Assembly (NCBI RefSeq): GCF_009914755.1
Contig: NC_060933.1
DNA from: the human T2T-CHM13v2.0 reference genome, Homo sapiens
DNA length: 64,000 nt
Strand: one strand, 5' to 3'
A program made the position numbers and the translations under genes. The notes beneath the pieces were generated by a model. It saw only the letters and a program-made list of their open reading frames with translations. It was not told the DNA's origin and did not search any database. The stretch's first letter is position 1; every line of letters starts with the position of its first letter. This document shows positions 1-12,320 of this stretch, piece after piece.

Positions 1-31
1 CTGAAAGTGGATATTTGGATAGCTTTGCGGA

Positions 32-48
32 TTTCGTTGGAAACGGGA
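32..48 (+). promoter_or_regulatory. CENP-B box (representative; repeated about every 340 bp across the window)
   Basis: tttcgttggaaacggga matches the established 17-bp CENP-B box with core nTTCGnnnnAnnCGGGn. Confidence 0.97.
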
Positions 49-585
49 TTACATATAAAACCTAGAGAGAAGCATTCTCAGGAACTTCTTTGCGATGTTT
101 GCATTCAAGTCACAGAACTGAACATTCCCTTTCATAGAGCAGGTTTGAAACATTCTTTCTGTAGTATCTGCAAGCTGACGTTTCAAGCGCTTTCAGGCCT
201 ATGGTGAGAAAGGAAATTTCTTCAAGTAAAAACTAGACAGAAGCATTCTCAGAAACTTATTTGCGATGTGTGTTCTCAACTAACAGAGTTGAACCTTTGT
301 TTTGATATGGCATTTTGGAAACACTCTTTTTGTAGAATCTGCAGGTGGATATTCGGATAGCTTTGAAGGTTTCGTTGGAAACGGGAATATCTTCATATAA
401 AATCTAGACGGAAGCATTCTCAGAAACTGCTTTGTGATGTTTTCATTCAAGTCACAGAGTAGAATGTTCCCTGTTATATACCAGGTTTGAGACACTCTTT
501 CTGCACTACATGGAAGTGGACGTTTGGAGTGCTTTGAGGCCTATGTTGAAAAAGGAAATATCATCCCATAAAAACTAGACAGAAG

Positions 586-1265
586 CATTCTCAGAAACTT
601 GTTTGTGATGTGTGTATTCAACTAACAGAGATGAACCTTTCTTTTTACAGAGCAGTTTTGAAACACTCTTTTTGTGGAATCTGAAAGTGGATATTTGGAT
701 AGCTTTGAGAATTTCGTTGGAAACGGGATTACATATAAAATCTAGAGAGAAGCATTCTCAGGAACTTCTTTGTGATGTTTGCATTCACGTCACAGAACTG
801 AACATTCCCTTTCATAGAGCATGTTTGAAACACTCTTTCTGTAGTATCTGCAAACGGACATTTCAAACGCTTTCAGGCCTATGGTGAGAAAGGAAATATC
901 TTCAAATAAAAACTAGACAGAAGCATTCTCAGAAACTTATTTGCGATGTGTGTCCTCAACTATCAGAGTTGAACCTTTCTTTTGATACAACATTTTGGAA
1001 CCACTCTTTTTGTAGAATCTGCAAGTGGATATTTGAATAGCTTTGAAGGTTTCGTTGGAAACGGGAATATCTTCATATAAAATCAAGACAGAAGCATTCT
1101 CAGAAACTTCTCTGTGATGTTTGCATTCAACTCATAGAGTTGAACACTTCCCTTCATACAGCAGGTTTGAAACACTCTTTTTGTAATATTTGGAAGTGGA
1201 CATTTGCAGCGCTTTGAGGCCTATGATGAAAAAGGAAATATCTTCCCATAAAAACTAGACAGAAG
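586..1265 (+). repeat. Representative 680-bp tetramer module (type B; monomers 167+171+171+171 bp)
   Basis: Monomer starts at 586/753/924/1095/1266. The 680-bp spacing is confirmed by recurring pseudo-ORF starts (612, 1292; 2483, 3163, 3843, 4523, 5203). Confidence 0.95.
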
Positions 1266-2070
1266 CATTCTCAGAAACTTGTTTGTGATGTGTGTATTCA
1301 ACTAACAGAGATGAACCTTTCTTTTTACAGAGCAGTTTTGAAACACTCTTTTTGTGGAATCTGAAAGTGGATATTTGGATAGCTTTGCGGATTTCGTTGG
1401 AAACGGGATTACATATAAAATCTAGGGAGAAGCATTCTCAGGAACTTCTTTGTGATGTTTGCATTCAAGTCACAGAACTGAACATTCCCTTTCATAGAGC
1501 AGGTTTGAAACACTCTTTCTGTAGTATCTGCAAGCGGACGTTTTAAGCGCTTTCAGGCCTGTGGTGAGAAAGGAAATATCTTCAAATAAAAACTAGACAG
1601 AAGCATTCTCAGAAACTTATTTGCGATGTGTGTCCTCAACTAACAGAGTTGAACCTTTCTTTTGATACAACATTTTGGAAACACTCTTTTTGTAGAATCT
1701 GCAAGTGGATATTTGGATAGCTTTGAAGGTTTCGTTGGAAACGGGAATATCTTCATATGAAATCAAGACAGAAGCATTCTCAGAAACTTCTCTGTGATGT
1801 TTGCATTCAACTCATAGAGTTGAACACTTCCCTTCATACAGCAGGTTTGAAACACTCTTTTTCTAATATTTGGAAGTGGACATTTGCAGCGCTTTGAGGC
1901 CTATGTTGAAAAAGGAAATATCTTCTCCTAAAAACCAGACAGAAGCATTCTCAGAAACTTCCTTGTGATGTGTGTACTCAAGTAACAGAGTTGAACCTTC
2001 TTTTGACAGAGCAGTTTTGAAGCACTCTTTTTGTAGAATCTGCAAGTGGATATTTTGATACCTTTGAGGA

Positions 2071-2087
2071 TTTCGTTGGACACGGGA
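2071..2087 (+). promoter_or_regulatory. Variant CENP-B box of trimer monomer 1 (core intact)
   Basis: tttcgttggacacggga retains TTCG, A and CGGG at the correct spacing. Confidence 0.85.
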
Positions 2088-2240
2088 TATCTTCATATAA
2101 AATCTAGACAGAAGCATTCTCAGAAACTTCTTTGTGCTGTATGTCCTCAATTAACAGAGTTGAACCTTTGTGTGGATACAGCATTTTGGAAACATTCCTT
2201 TAGTAGAATCTGCAAGTTGATATTTAGATAGCTAGGAAGA

Positions 2241-2257
2241 TTTCCTTGGAAACGGGA
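2241..2257 (+). other. Degenerate CENP-B box of trimer monomer 2 (TTCG to TTCC), present in every trimer
   Basis: tttccttggaaacggga lacks the essential G of the first CpG, so it is predicted non-binding. Confidence 0.85.
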
Positions 2258-5200
2258 ATATCTTCATATAAAATCTAGACGGAAGCATTCTCAGAAAGTG
2301 CTTTGTGATGTTTGCATTCAAGTCACAGAGTTGAATATTCCCTTTTATAGAGCAGGTTTGAAACACTCTTTCTGCACTACCTGGAAGTGGACATTTGGAG
2401 CGCTTTGAGGCCTATGTTGAAAAAGGAAATATCTTCCCATAAAAACTAGACAGAAGCATTCTCAGAAACTTGTTTGTGATGTGTGTATTCAACTAACAGA
2501 GATGAACCTTTCTTTTTACAGAGCAGTTTTGAAACACTCTTTTTGTGGAATCTGAAAGTGGATATTTGGATAGCTTTGAGGATTTCGTTGGAAACGGGAT
2601 TACATATAAAACCTAGAGAGAAGCATTCTCAGGAACTTCTTTTTGATGTTTGCCTTCAAGTCACAGGACTGAACATTCCCTTTCATAGAGCAGGTTTGAA
2701 ACACTCTTTCTGTAGTATCTGCAAGCTGACGTTTCAAGCGCTTTCAGGCCTATGGTGAGAAAGGAAATATCTTCAAGTAAAAACTAGACAGAAGCATTCT
2801 CAGAAACATATTTCCCATGTGTGTTCTCAACTAACAGAGTTGAACCTTTGTTTTGATATGGCATTTTGGAAACACTCTTTTTGTAGAATCTGCAGGTGGA
2901 TATTCGGATAGCTTTGAAGGTTTCGTTGGAAACGGGAATATCTTCATATAAAATCTAGACGGAAGCATTCTCAGAAACTGCTTTGTGATGTTTTCATTCA
3001 AGTCACAGAGTAGAATGTTCCCTGTTATATACCAGGTTTGAGACACTCTTTCTGCACTACCTGGAAGTGGACATTTGCAGCGCTTTGAGGCCTATGATGA
3101 AAAAGGAAATATCTTCCCATAAAAACTAGACAGAAGCATTCTCAGAAACTTGTTTTTGATGTGTGTATTCAACTAACAGAGATGAACCTTTCTTTTTACA
3201 GAGCAGTTTTGAAACACTCTTTTTGTGGAATCTGAAAGTGGATATTTGGATAGCTTTCAGGATTTCGTTGGAAACGGGATTACATATAAAATCTAGAGAG
3301 AAGCATTCTCAGGAACTTCTTTGTGATGTTTGCATTCACGTCACAGAACTGAACATTCCCTTTCATAGAGCATGTTTGAAACACTCTTTCTGTAGTATCT
3401 GCAAACGGACATTTCAAACGCTTTCAGGCCTATGGTGAGAAAGGAAATATCTTCACATAAAAACTAGACAGAAGCATTCTCAGAAACTTATTTGCGATGT
3501 GTGTCCTCAACTAACAGAGTTGAACCTTTCTTTTGATACAACATTTTGGAACCACTCTTTTTGTAGAATCTGCAAGTGGATATTTGAATAGCTTTGAAGG
3601 TTTCGTTGGAAACGGGAATATCTTCATATAAAATCAAGACAGAAGCATTCTCAGAAACTTCTCTGTGATGTTTGCATTCAACTCAAAGAGTTGAACACTT
3701 CCCTTCATACAGCAGGTTTGAAACACTCTTTTTGTAATATTTGGAAGTGGACATTTGCAGCGCTTTGAGGCCTATGATGAAAAAGGTAATATCTTCCCAT
3801 AAAAACTAGACAGAAGCATTCTCAGAAACTTGTTTGTGATGTGTGTATTCAACTAACAGAGATGAACCTTTCTTTTTACAGAGCAGTTTTGAAACACTCT
3901 TTTTGTGGAATCTGAAAGTGGATATTTGGATAGCTTTGCGGATTTCGTTGGAAACGGGATTACATATAAAACCTAGAGAGAAGCATTCTCAGGAACTTCT
4001 TTGCGATGTTTGCATTCAAGTCACAGAACTGAACATTCCCTTTCATAGAGCAGGTTTGAAACACTCTTTCTGTAGTATCTGCAAGCTGACGTTTCAAGCG
4101 CTTTCAGGCCTATGGTGAGAAAGGAAATTTCTGCAAGTAAAAACTAGACAGAAGCATTCTCAGAAACTTATTTGCGATGTGTGTTCTCAACTAACAGAGT
4201 TGAACCTTTGTTTTGATATGGCATTTTGGAAACACTCTTTTTGTAGAATCTGCAGGTGGATATTCGGATAGCTTTGAAGGTTTCGTTGGAAACGGGAATA
4301 TCTTCATATAAAATCTAGACGGAAGCATTCTCAGAAACTGCTTTGTGATGTTTTCATTCAAGTCACAGAGTAGAATGTTCCCTGTTATATACCAGGTTTG
4401 AGACACTCTTTCTGCACTACCTGGAAGTGGACGTTTGGAGCGCTTTGAGGCCTATGTTGAAAAAGGAAATATCTTCCCATAAAAACTAGACAGAAGCATT
4501 CTCAGAAACTTGTTTTTGATGTGTGTATTCAACTAACAGAGATGAACCTTTCTTTTTACAGAGCAGTTTTGAAACACTCTTTTTGTGGAATCTGAAAGTG
4601 GATATTTGGATAGCTTTGAGGATTTCGTTGGAAACGGGATTACATATAAAATCTAGAGAGAAGCATTCTCAGGAACTTCTTTGTGATGTTTGCATTCACG
4701 TCACAGAACTGAACATTCCCTTTCATAGAGCATGTTTGAAACACTCTTTCTGTAGTATCTGCAAACGGACATTTCAAACGCTTTCAGGCCTATGGTGAGA
4801 AAGGAAATATCTTCAAATAAAAACTAGACAGAAGCATTCTCAGAAACTTATTTGCGATGTGTGTCCTCAACTATCAGAGTTGAACCTTTCTTTTGATACA
4901 ACATTTTGGAACCACTCTTTTTGTAGAATCTGCAAGTGGATATTTGAATAGCTTTGAAGGTTTCGTTGGAAACGGGAATATCTTCATATAAAATCAAGAC
5001 AGAAGCATTCTCAGAAACTTCTCTGTGATGTTTGCATTCAACTCATAGAGTTGAACACTTCCCTTCATACAGCAGGTTTGAAACACTCTTTTTGTAATAT
5101 TTGGAAGTGGACATTTGCAGCGCTTTGAGGCCTATGATGAAAAAGGAAATATCTTCCCATAAAAACTAGACAGAAGCATTCTCAGAAACTTGTTTGTGAT

Positions 5201-5856
5201 GTGTGTATTCAACTAACAGAGATGAACCTTTCTTTTTACAGAGCAGTTTTGAAACACTCTTTTTGTGGAATCTGAAAGTGGATATTTGGATAGCTTTGCG
5301 GATTTCGTTGGAAACGGGATTACATATAAAATCTAGGGAGAAGCATTCTCAGGAACTTCTTTGTGATGTTTGCATTCAAGTCACAGAACTGAACATTCCC
5401 TTTCATAGAGCAGGTTTGAAACACTCTTTCTGTAGTATCTGCAAGCGGACGTTTTAAGCGCTTTCAGGCCTGTGGTGAGAAAGGAAATATCTTCAAATAA
5501 AAACTAGACAGAAGCATTCTCAGAAACTTATTTGCGATGTGTGTCCTCAACTAACAGAGTTGAACCTTTCTTTTGATACAACATTTTGGAAACACTCTTT
5601 TTGTAGAATCTGCAAGTGGATATTTGGATAGCTTTGAAGGTTTCGTTGGAAACGGGAATATCTTCATATGAAATCAAGACAGAAGCATTCTCAGAAACTT
5701 CTCTGTGATGTTTGCATTCAACTCATAGAGTTGAACACTTCCCTTCATACAGCAGGTTTGAAACACTCTTTTTCTAATATTTGGAAGTGGACATTTGCAG
5801 CGCTTTGAGGCCTATGTTGAAAAAGGAAATATCTTCTCCTAAAAACCAGACAGAAG

Positions 5857-6368
5857 CATTCTCAGAAACTTCCTTGTGATGTGTGTACTCAAGTAACAGA
5901 GTTGAACCTTCCTTTTGACAGAGCAGTTTTGAAGCACTCTTTTTGTAGAATCTGCAAGTGGATATTTTGATACCTTTGAGGATTTCGTTGGACACGGGAT
6001 ATCTTCATATAAAATCTAGACAGAAGCATTCTCAGAAACTTCTTTGTGCTGTATGTCCTCAATTAACAGAGTTGAACCTTTGTGTGGATACAGCATTTTG
6101 GAAACATTCCTTTAGTAGAATCTGCAAGTTGATATTTAGATAGCTAGGAAGATTTCCTTGGAAACGGGAATATCTTCATATAAAATCTAGACGGAAGCAT
6201 TCTCAGAAAGTGCTTTGTGATGTTTGCATTCAAGTCACAGAGTTGAATATTCCCTTTTATAGAGCAGGTTTGAAACACTCTTTCTGCACTACCTGGAAGT
6301 GGACATTTGGAGCGCTTTGAGGCCTATGTTGAAAAAGGAAATATCTTCCCATAAAAACTAGACAGAAG
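5857..6368 (+). repeat. Representative 512-bp trimer module T (170+171+171 bp), used here as the HOR boundary marker; 23 copies
   Basis: Diagnostic strings cttccttgtg, gttggacacggg, tgtgctgtatg, gctaggaagatttccttgg and aaagtgcttt. Starts at 1946, 5857, 7729, 12321, 16913, 20824, 22696, 25928, 29839, 31711, 34943, 37494, 39366, 41918, 44469, 47021, 48893, 51445, 53317, 55869, 57741, 60293 and 62165 (last is chimeric). Confidence 0.93.
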
Positions 6369-7728
6369 CATTCTCAGAAACTTGTTTGTGATGTGTGTAT
6401 TCAACTAACAGAGATGAACCTTTCTTTTTACAGAGCAGTTTTGAAACACTCTTTTTGTGGAATCTGAAAGTGGATATTTGGATAGCTTTGAGGATTTCGT
6501 TGGAAACGGGATTACATATAAAACCTAGAGAGAAGCATTCTCAGGAACTTCTTTGTGATGTTTGCCTTCAAGTCACAGGACTGAACATTCCCTTTCATAG
6601 AGCAGGTTTGAAACACTCTTTCTGTAGTATCTGCAAGCTGACGTTTCAAGCGCTTTCAGGCCTATGGTGAGAAAGGAAATATCTTCAAGTAAAAACTAGA
6701 CAGAAGCATTCTCAGAAACTTATTTGAGATGTGTGTTCTCAACTAACAGAGTTGAACCTTTGTTTTGATATGGCATTTTGGAAACACTCTTTTTGTAGAA
6801 TCTGCAGGTGGATATTCGGATAGCTTTGAAGGTTTCGTTGGAAACGGGAATATCTTCATATAAAATCTAGACGGAAGCATTCTCAGAAACTGCTTTGTGA
6901 TGTTTTCATTCAAGTCACAGAGTAGAATGTTCCCTGTTATATACCAGGTTAGAGACACTCTTTCTGCACTACCTGGAAGTGGACATTTGCAGCGCTTTGA
7001 GGCCTATGATGAAAAAGGAAATATCTTCCCATAAAAACTAGACAGAAGCATTCTCAGAAACTTGTTTGTGATGTGTGTATTCAACTAACAGAGATGAACC
7101 TTTCTTTTTACAGAGCAGTTTTGAAACACTCTTTTTGTGGAATCTGAAAGTGGATATTTGGATAGCTTTGAGGATTTCGTTGGAAACGGGATTACATATA
7201 AAATCTAGAGAGAAGCATTCTCAGGAACTTCTTTGTGATGTTTGCATTCACGTCACAGAACTGAACATTCCCTTTCATAGAGCATGTTTGAAACACTCTT
7301 TCTGTAGTATCTGCAAGCGGACGTTTTAAGCGCTTTCAGGCCTGTGGTGAGAAAGGAAATATCTTCAAATAAAAACTAGACAGAAGCATTCTCAGAAACT
7401 TATTTGCGATGTGTGTCCTCAACTAACAGAGTTGAACCTTTCTTTTGATACAACATTTTGGAAACACTCTTTTTGTAGAATCTGCAAGTGGATATTTGGA
7501 TAGCTTTGAAGGTTTCGTTGGAAACGGGAATATCTTCATATGAAATCAAGACAGAAGCATTCTCAGAAACTTCTCTGTGATGTTTGCATTCAACTCATAG
7601 AGTTGAACACTTCCCTTCATACAGCAGGTTTGAAACACTCTTTTTCTAATATTTGGAAGTGGACATTTGCAGCGCTTTGAGGCCTATGTTGAAAAAGGAA
7701 ATATCTTCTCCTAAAAACCAGACAGAAG
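5857..7728 (+). repeat. 11-mer HOR variant (1,872 bp); also at 20824, 29839, 37494, 47021, 51445, 55869 and 60293
   Basis: 512+2x680=1,872 bp between trimer starts. Confidence 0.92.
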
Positions 7729-10700
7729 CATTCTCAGAAACTTCCTTGTGATGTGTGTACTCAAGTAACAGAGTTGAACCTTCCTTTTGACAGAGCAGTT
7801 TTGAAGCACTCTTTTTGTAGAATCTGCAAGTGGATATTTTGATACCTTTGAGGATTTCGTTGGACACGGGATATCGTCATATAAAATCTAGACAGAAGCA
7901 TTCTCAGAAACTTCTTTGTTCTGTATGTCCTCAATTAACAGAGTTGAACCTTTGTGTGGATACAGGATTTTGGAAACATTCCTTTAGTAGAATCTGCAAG
8001 TTGATATTTAGATAGCTAGGAAGATTTCCTTGGAAACGGGAATATCTTCATATAAAATCTAGACGGAAGCATTCTCAGAAAGTGCTTTGTGATGTTTGCA
8101 TTCAAGTCACAGAGTTGAATATTCCCTTTTATAGAGCAGGTTTGAAACACTCTTTCTGCACTACCTGGAAGTGGACATTTGGAGCGCTTTGAGGCCTATG
8201 TTGAAAAAGGAAATATCTTCCCATAAAAACTAGACAGAAGCATTCTCAGAAACTTGTTTGTGATGTGTGTATTCAACTAACAGAGATGAACCTTTCTTTT
8301 TACAGAGCAGTTTTGAAACACTCTTTTTGTGGAATCTGAAAGTGGATATTTGGATAGCTTTGAGGATTTCGTTGGAAACGGGATTACATATAAAACCTAG
8401 AGAGAAGCATTCTCAGGAACTTCTTTGTGATGTTTGCCTTCAAGTCACAGGACTGAACATTCCCTTTCATAGAGCAGGTTTGAAACACTCCTTCTGTAGT
8501 ATCTGCAAGCTGACGTTTCAAGCGCTTTCAGGCCTATGGTGACAAAGGAAATATCTTCAAGTAAAAACTAGACAGAAGCATTCTCAGAAACTTATTTGCC
8601 ATGTGTGTTCTCAACTAACAGAGTTGAACCTTTGTTTTGATACGGCATTTTGGAAACACTCTTTTTGTAGAATCTGCAGGTGGATATTCGGATAGCTTTG
8701 AAGGTTTCGTTGGAAACGGGAATATTTTCATATAAAATCTAGACGGAAGCATTCTCAGAAACTGCTTTGTGATGTTTGCATTCAAGTCACAGAGTAGAAT
8801 GTTCCCTGTTATATACCAGGTTTGAGACACTCTTTCTGCACTACCTGGAAGTGGACGTTTGGAGCGCTTTGAGGCCTATGTTGAAAAAGGAAATATCTTC
8901 CCATAAAAACTAGACAGAAGCATTCTCAGAAACTTGTTTGTGATGTGTGTATTCAACTAACAGAGATGAACCTTTCTTTTTACAGAGCAGTTTTGAAACA
9001 CTCTTTTTGTGGAATCTGAAAGTGGATATTTGGATAGCTTTGAGGATTTCGTTGGAAACGGGATTACATATAAAACCTAGAGAGAAGCATTCTCAGGAAC
9101 TTCTTTGTGATGTTTGCATTCAAGTCACAGAACTGAACATTCCCTTTCATAGAGCAGGTTTGAAACACTCTTTCTGTAGTATCTGCAAGCTGACGTTTCA
9201 AGCGCTTTCAGGCCTATGGTGAGAAAGGAAATATCTTCAAGTAAAAACTAGACAGAAGCATTCTCAGAAACTTATTTGCGATGTGTGTTCTCAACTAACA
9301 GAGTTGAACCTTTGTTTTGATATGGCATTTTGGAAACACTCTTTTTGTAGAATCTGCAGGTGGATATTCGGATAGCTTTGAAGGTTTCGTTGGAAACGGG
9401 AATATCTTCATATAAAATCTAGACGGAAGCATTCTCAGAAACTGCTTTGTGATGTTTTCATTCAAGTCACAGAGTAGAATGTTCCCTGTTATATACCAGG
9501 TTTGAGACACTCTTTCTGCACTACCTGGAAGTGGACATTTGCAGCGCTTTGAGGCCTATGATGAAAAAGGAAATATCTTCCCATAAAAACTAGACAGAAG
9601 CATTCTCAGAAACTTGTTTGTGATGTGTGTATTCAACTAACAGAGATGAACCTTTCTTTTTACAGAGCAGTTTTGAAACACTCTTTTTGTGGAATCTGAA
9701 AGTGGATATTTGGATAGCTTTGAGGATTTCGTTGGAAACGGGATTACATATAAAATCTAGAGAGAAGCATTCTCAGGAACTTCTTTGTGATGTTTGCATT
9801 CACGTCACAGAACTGAACATTCCCTTTCATAGAGCATGTTTGAAACACTCTTTCTGTAGTATCTGCAAACGGACATTTCAAACGCTTTCAGGCCTATGGT
9901 GAGAAAGGAAATATCTTCAAATAAAAACTAGACAGAAGCATTCTCAGAAACTTATTTGCGATGTGTGTCCTCAACTATCAGAGTTGAACCTTTCTTTTGA
10001 TACAACATTTTGGAACCACTCTTTTTGTAGAATCTGCAAGTGGATATTTGAATAGCTTTGAAGGTTTCGTTGGAAACGGGAATATCTTCATATAAAATCA
10101 AGACAGAAGCATTCTCAGAAACTTCTCTGTGATGTTTGCATTCAACTCATAGAGTTGAACACTTCCCTTCATACAGCAGGTTTGAAACACTCTTTTTGTA
10201 ATATTTGGAAGTGGACATTTGCAGCGCTTTGAGGCCTATGATGAAAAAGGAAATATCTTCCCATAAAAACTAGACAGAAGCATTCTCAGAAACTTGTTTG
10301 TGATGTGTGTATTCAACTAACAGAGATGAACCTTTCTTTTTACAGAGCAGTTTTGAAACACTCTTTTTGTGGAATCTGAAAGTGGATATTTGGATAGCTT
10401 TGCGGATTTCGTTGGAAACGGGATTACATATAAAATCTAGGGAGAAGCATTCTCAGGAACTTCTTTGTGATGTTTGCATTCAAGTCACAGAACTGAACAT
10501 TCCCTTTCATAGAGCAGGTTTGAAACACTCTTTCTGTAGTATCTGCAAGCGGACGTTTTAAGCGCTTTCAGGCCTGTGGTGAGAAAGGAAATATCTTCAA
10601 ATAAAAACTAGACAGAAGCATTCTCAGAAACTTATTTGCGATGTGTGTCCTCAACTAACAGAGTTGAACCTTTCTTTTGATACAACATTTTGGAAACACT

Positions 10701-12320
10701 CTTTTTGTAGAATCTGCAAGTGGATATTTGGATAGCTTTGAAGGTTTCGTTGGAAACGGGAATATCTTCATATGAAATCAAGACAGAAGCATTCTCAGAA
10801 ACTTCTCTGTGATGTTTGCATTCAACTCATAGAGTTGAACACTTCCCTTCATACAGCAGGTTTGAAACACTCTTTTTCTAATATTTGGAAGTGGACATTT
10901 GCAGCGCTTTGAGGCCTATGATGAAAAAGGAAATATCTTCCCATAAAAACTAGACAGAAGCATTCTCAGAAACTTGATTTTGATGTGTGTATTCAACTAA
11001 CAGAGATGAACCTTTCTTTTTACAGAGCAGTTTTGAAACACTCTTTTTGTGGAATCTGAAAGTGGATATTTGGATAGCTTTGAGGATTTCGTTGGAAACG
11101 GGATTAAATATAAAATCTAGAGAGAAGCATTCTCAGGAACTTCTTTGTGATGTTTGCATTCACGTCACAGAACTGAACATTCCCTTTCATAGAGCATGTT
11201 TGAAACACTCTTTCTGTAGTATCTGCAAACGGACATTTCAAACGCTTTCAGGCCTATGGTGAGAAAGGAAATATCTTCAAATAAAAACTAGACAGAAGCA
11301 TTCTCATAAACTTATTTGCGATGTGTGTCCTCAACTAACAGAGTTGAACCTTTCTTTTGATACAACATTTTGGAAACACTCTTTTTGTAGAATCTGCAAG
11401 TGGATATTTGAATAGCTTTGAAGGTTTCGTTGGAAACGGGAATATCTTCATATAAAATCAAGACAGAAGCATTCTCAGAAACTTCTCTGTGATGTTTGCA
11501 TTCAACTCATAGAGTTGAACACTTCCCTTCATACAGCAGGTTTGAAACACTCTTTTTGTAATATTTGGAAGTGGACATTTGCAGCGCTTTGAGGCCTATG
11601 ATGAAAAAGGAAATATCTTCCCACAAAAACTAGACAGAAGCATTCTCAGAAACTTGTTTGTGATGTGTGTATTCAACTAACAGAGATGAACCTTTCTTTT
11701 TACAGAGCAGTTTTGAAACACTCTTTTTGTGGAATCTGAAAGTGGATATTTGGATAGCTTTGCGGATTTCGTTGGAAACGGGATTACATATAAAATCTAG
11801 GGAGCAGCATTCTCAGGAACTTCTTTGTGATGTTTGCATTCAAGTCACAGAACTGAACATTCCCTTTCATAGAGCAGGTTTGAAACACTCTTTCTGTAGT
11901 ATCTGCAAGCGGACGTTTTAAGCGCTTTCAGGCCTGTGGTGAGAAAGGAAATATCTTCAAATAAAAACTAGACAGAAGCATTCTCAGAAACTTATTTGAG
12001 ATGTGTGTTCTCAACTAACAGAGTTGAACCTTTCTTTTGATACAACATTTTGGAAACACTCTTTTTGTAGAATCTGCAAGTGGATATTTGGATAACTTTG
12101 AAGGTTTCGTTGGAAACGGGAATATCTTCATATGAAATCAAGACAGAAGCATTCTCAGAAACTTCTCTGTGATGTTTGCATTCAACTCATAGAGTTGAAC
12201 ACTTCCCTTCATACAGCAGGTTTGAAACACTCTTTTTGTAATATTTGGAAGTGGACATTTGCAGCGCTTTGAGGCCTATGTTGAAAAAGGAAATATCTTC
12301 TCCTAAAAACCAGACAGAAG
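7729..12320 (+). repeat. 27-mer HOR variant T-A1-A2-B-C-B-C (4,592 bp)
   Basis: Six tetramers between trimers (pseudo-ORF starts 8267, 8947, 9627, 10307, 10987, 11667). Confidence 0.88.

Larger units (their letters stand above)
1946..5856 (+). repeat. 23-mer HOR variant T-A1-B-A2-B-C (3,911 bp); further copies at 16913-20823 and 25928-29838
   Basis: Trimer-to-trimer distance and tetramer diagnostic variants. All three copies carry a 1-bp deletion in the first trimer monomer (cttcttttgacag vs cttccttttgacag). Confidence 0.9.

Noticed and set aside
53-60. TATA-like atataaaa just downstream of CENP-B boxes as a promoter
   Set aside because: It is part of the ordinary alpha-satellite consensus. 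Transcription cannot be inferred from the sequence alone.
280-495. Recurrent minus-strand ORFs (MSQTWYIT..., MSNEILKG..., MRTYSTKK...) and + strand MDILIPLR...
   Set aside because: They are chance open frames in alpha satellite, mostly with non-ATG starts. Frame changes follow neutral 1-bp indels.
612-887. Recurrent 84-91 aa ORFs (MYSTNRDEPFF...) on + in nearly every tetramer
   Set aside because: These are translations of satellite monomers that begin at GTG. They recur with the 680-bp period, gain stops at random (e.g. ~27931, ~36196, 45772) and resemble no protein family I recognise. They are useful only as positional markers.
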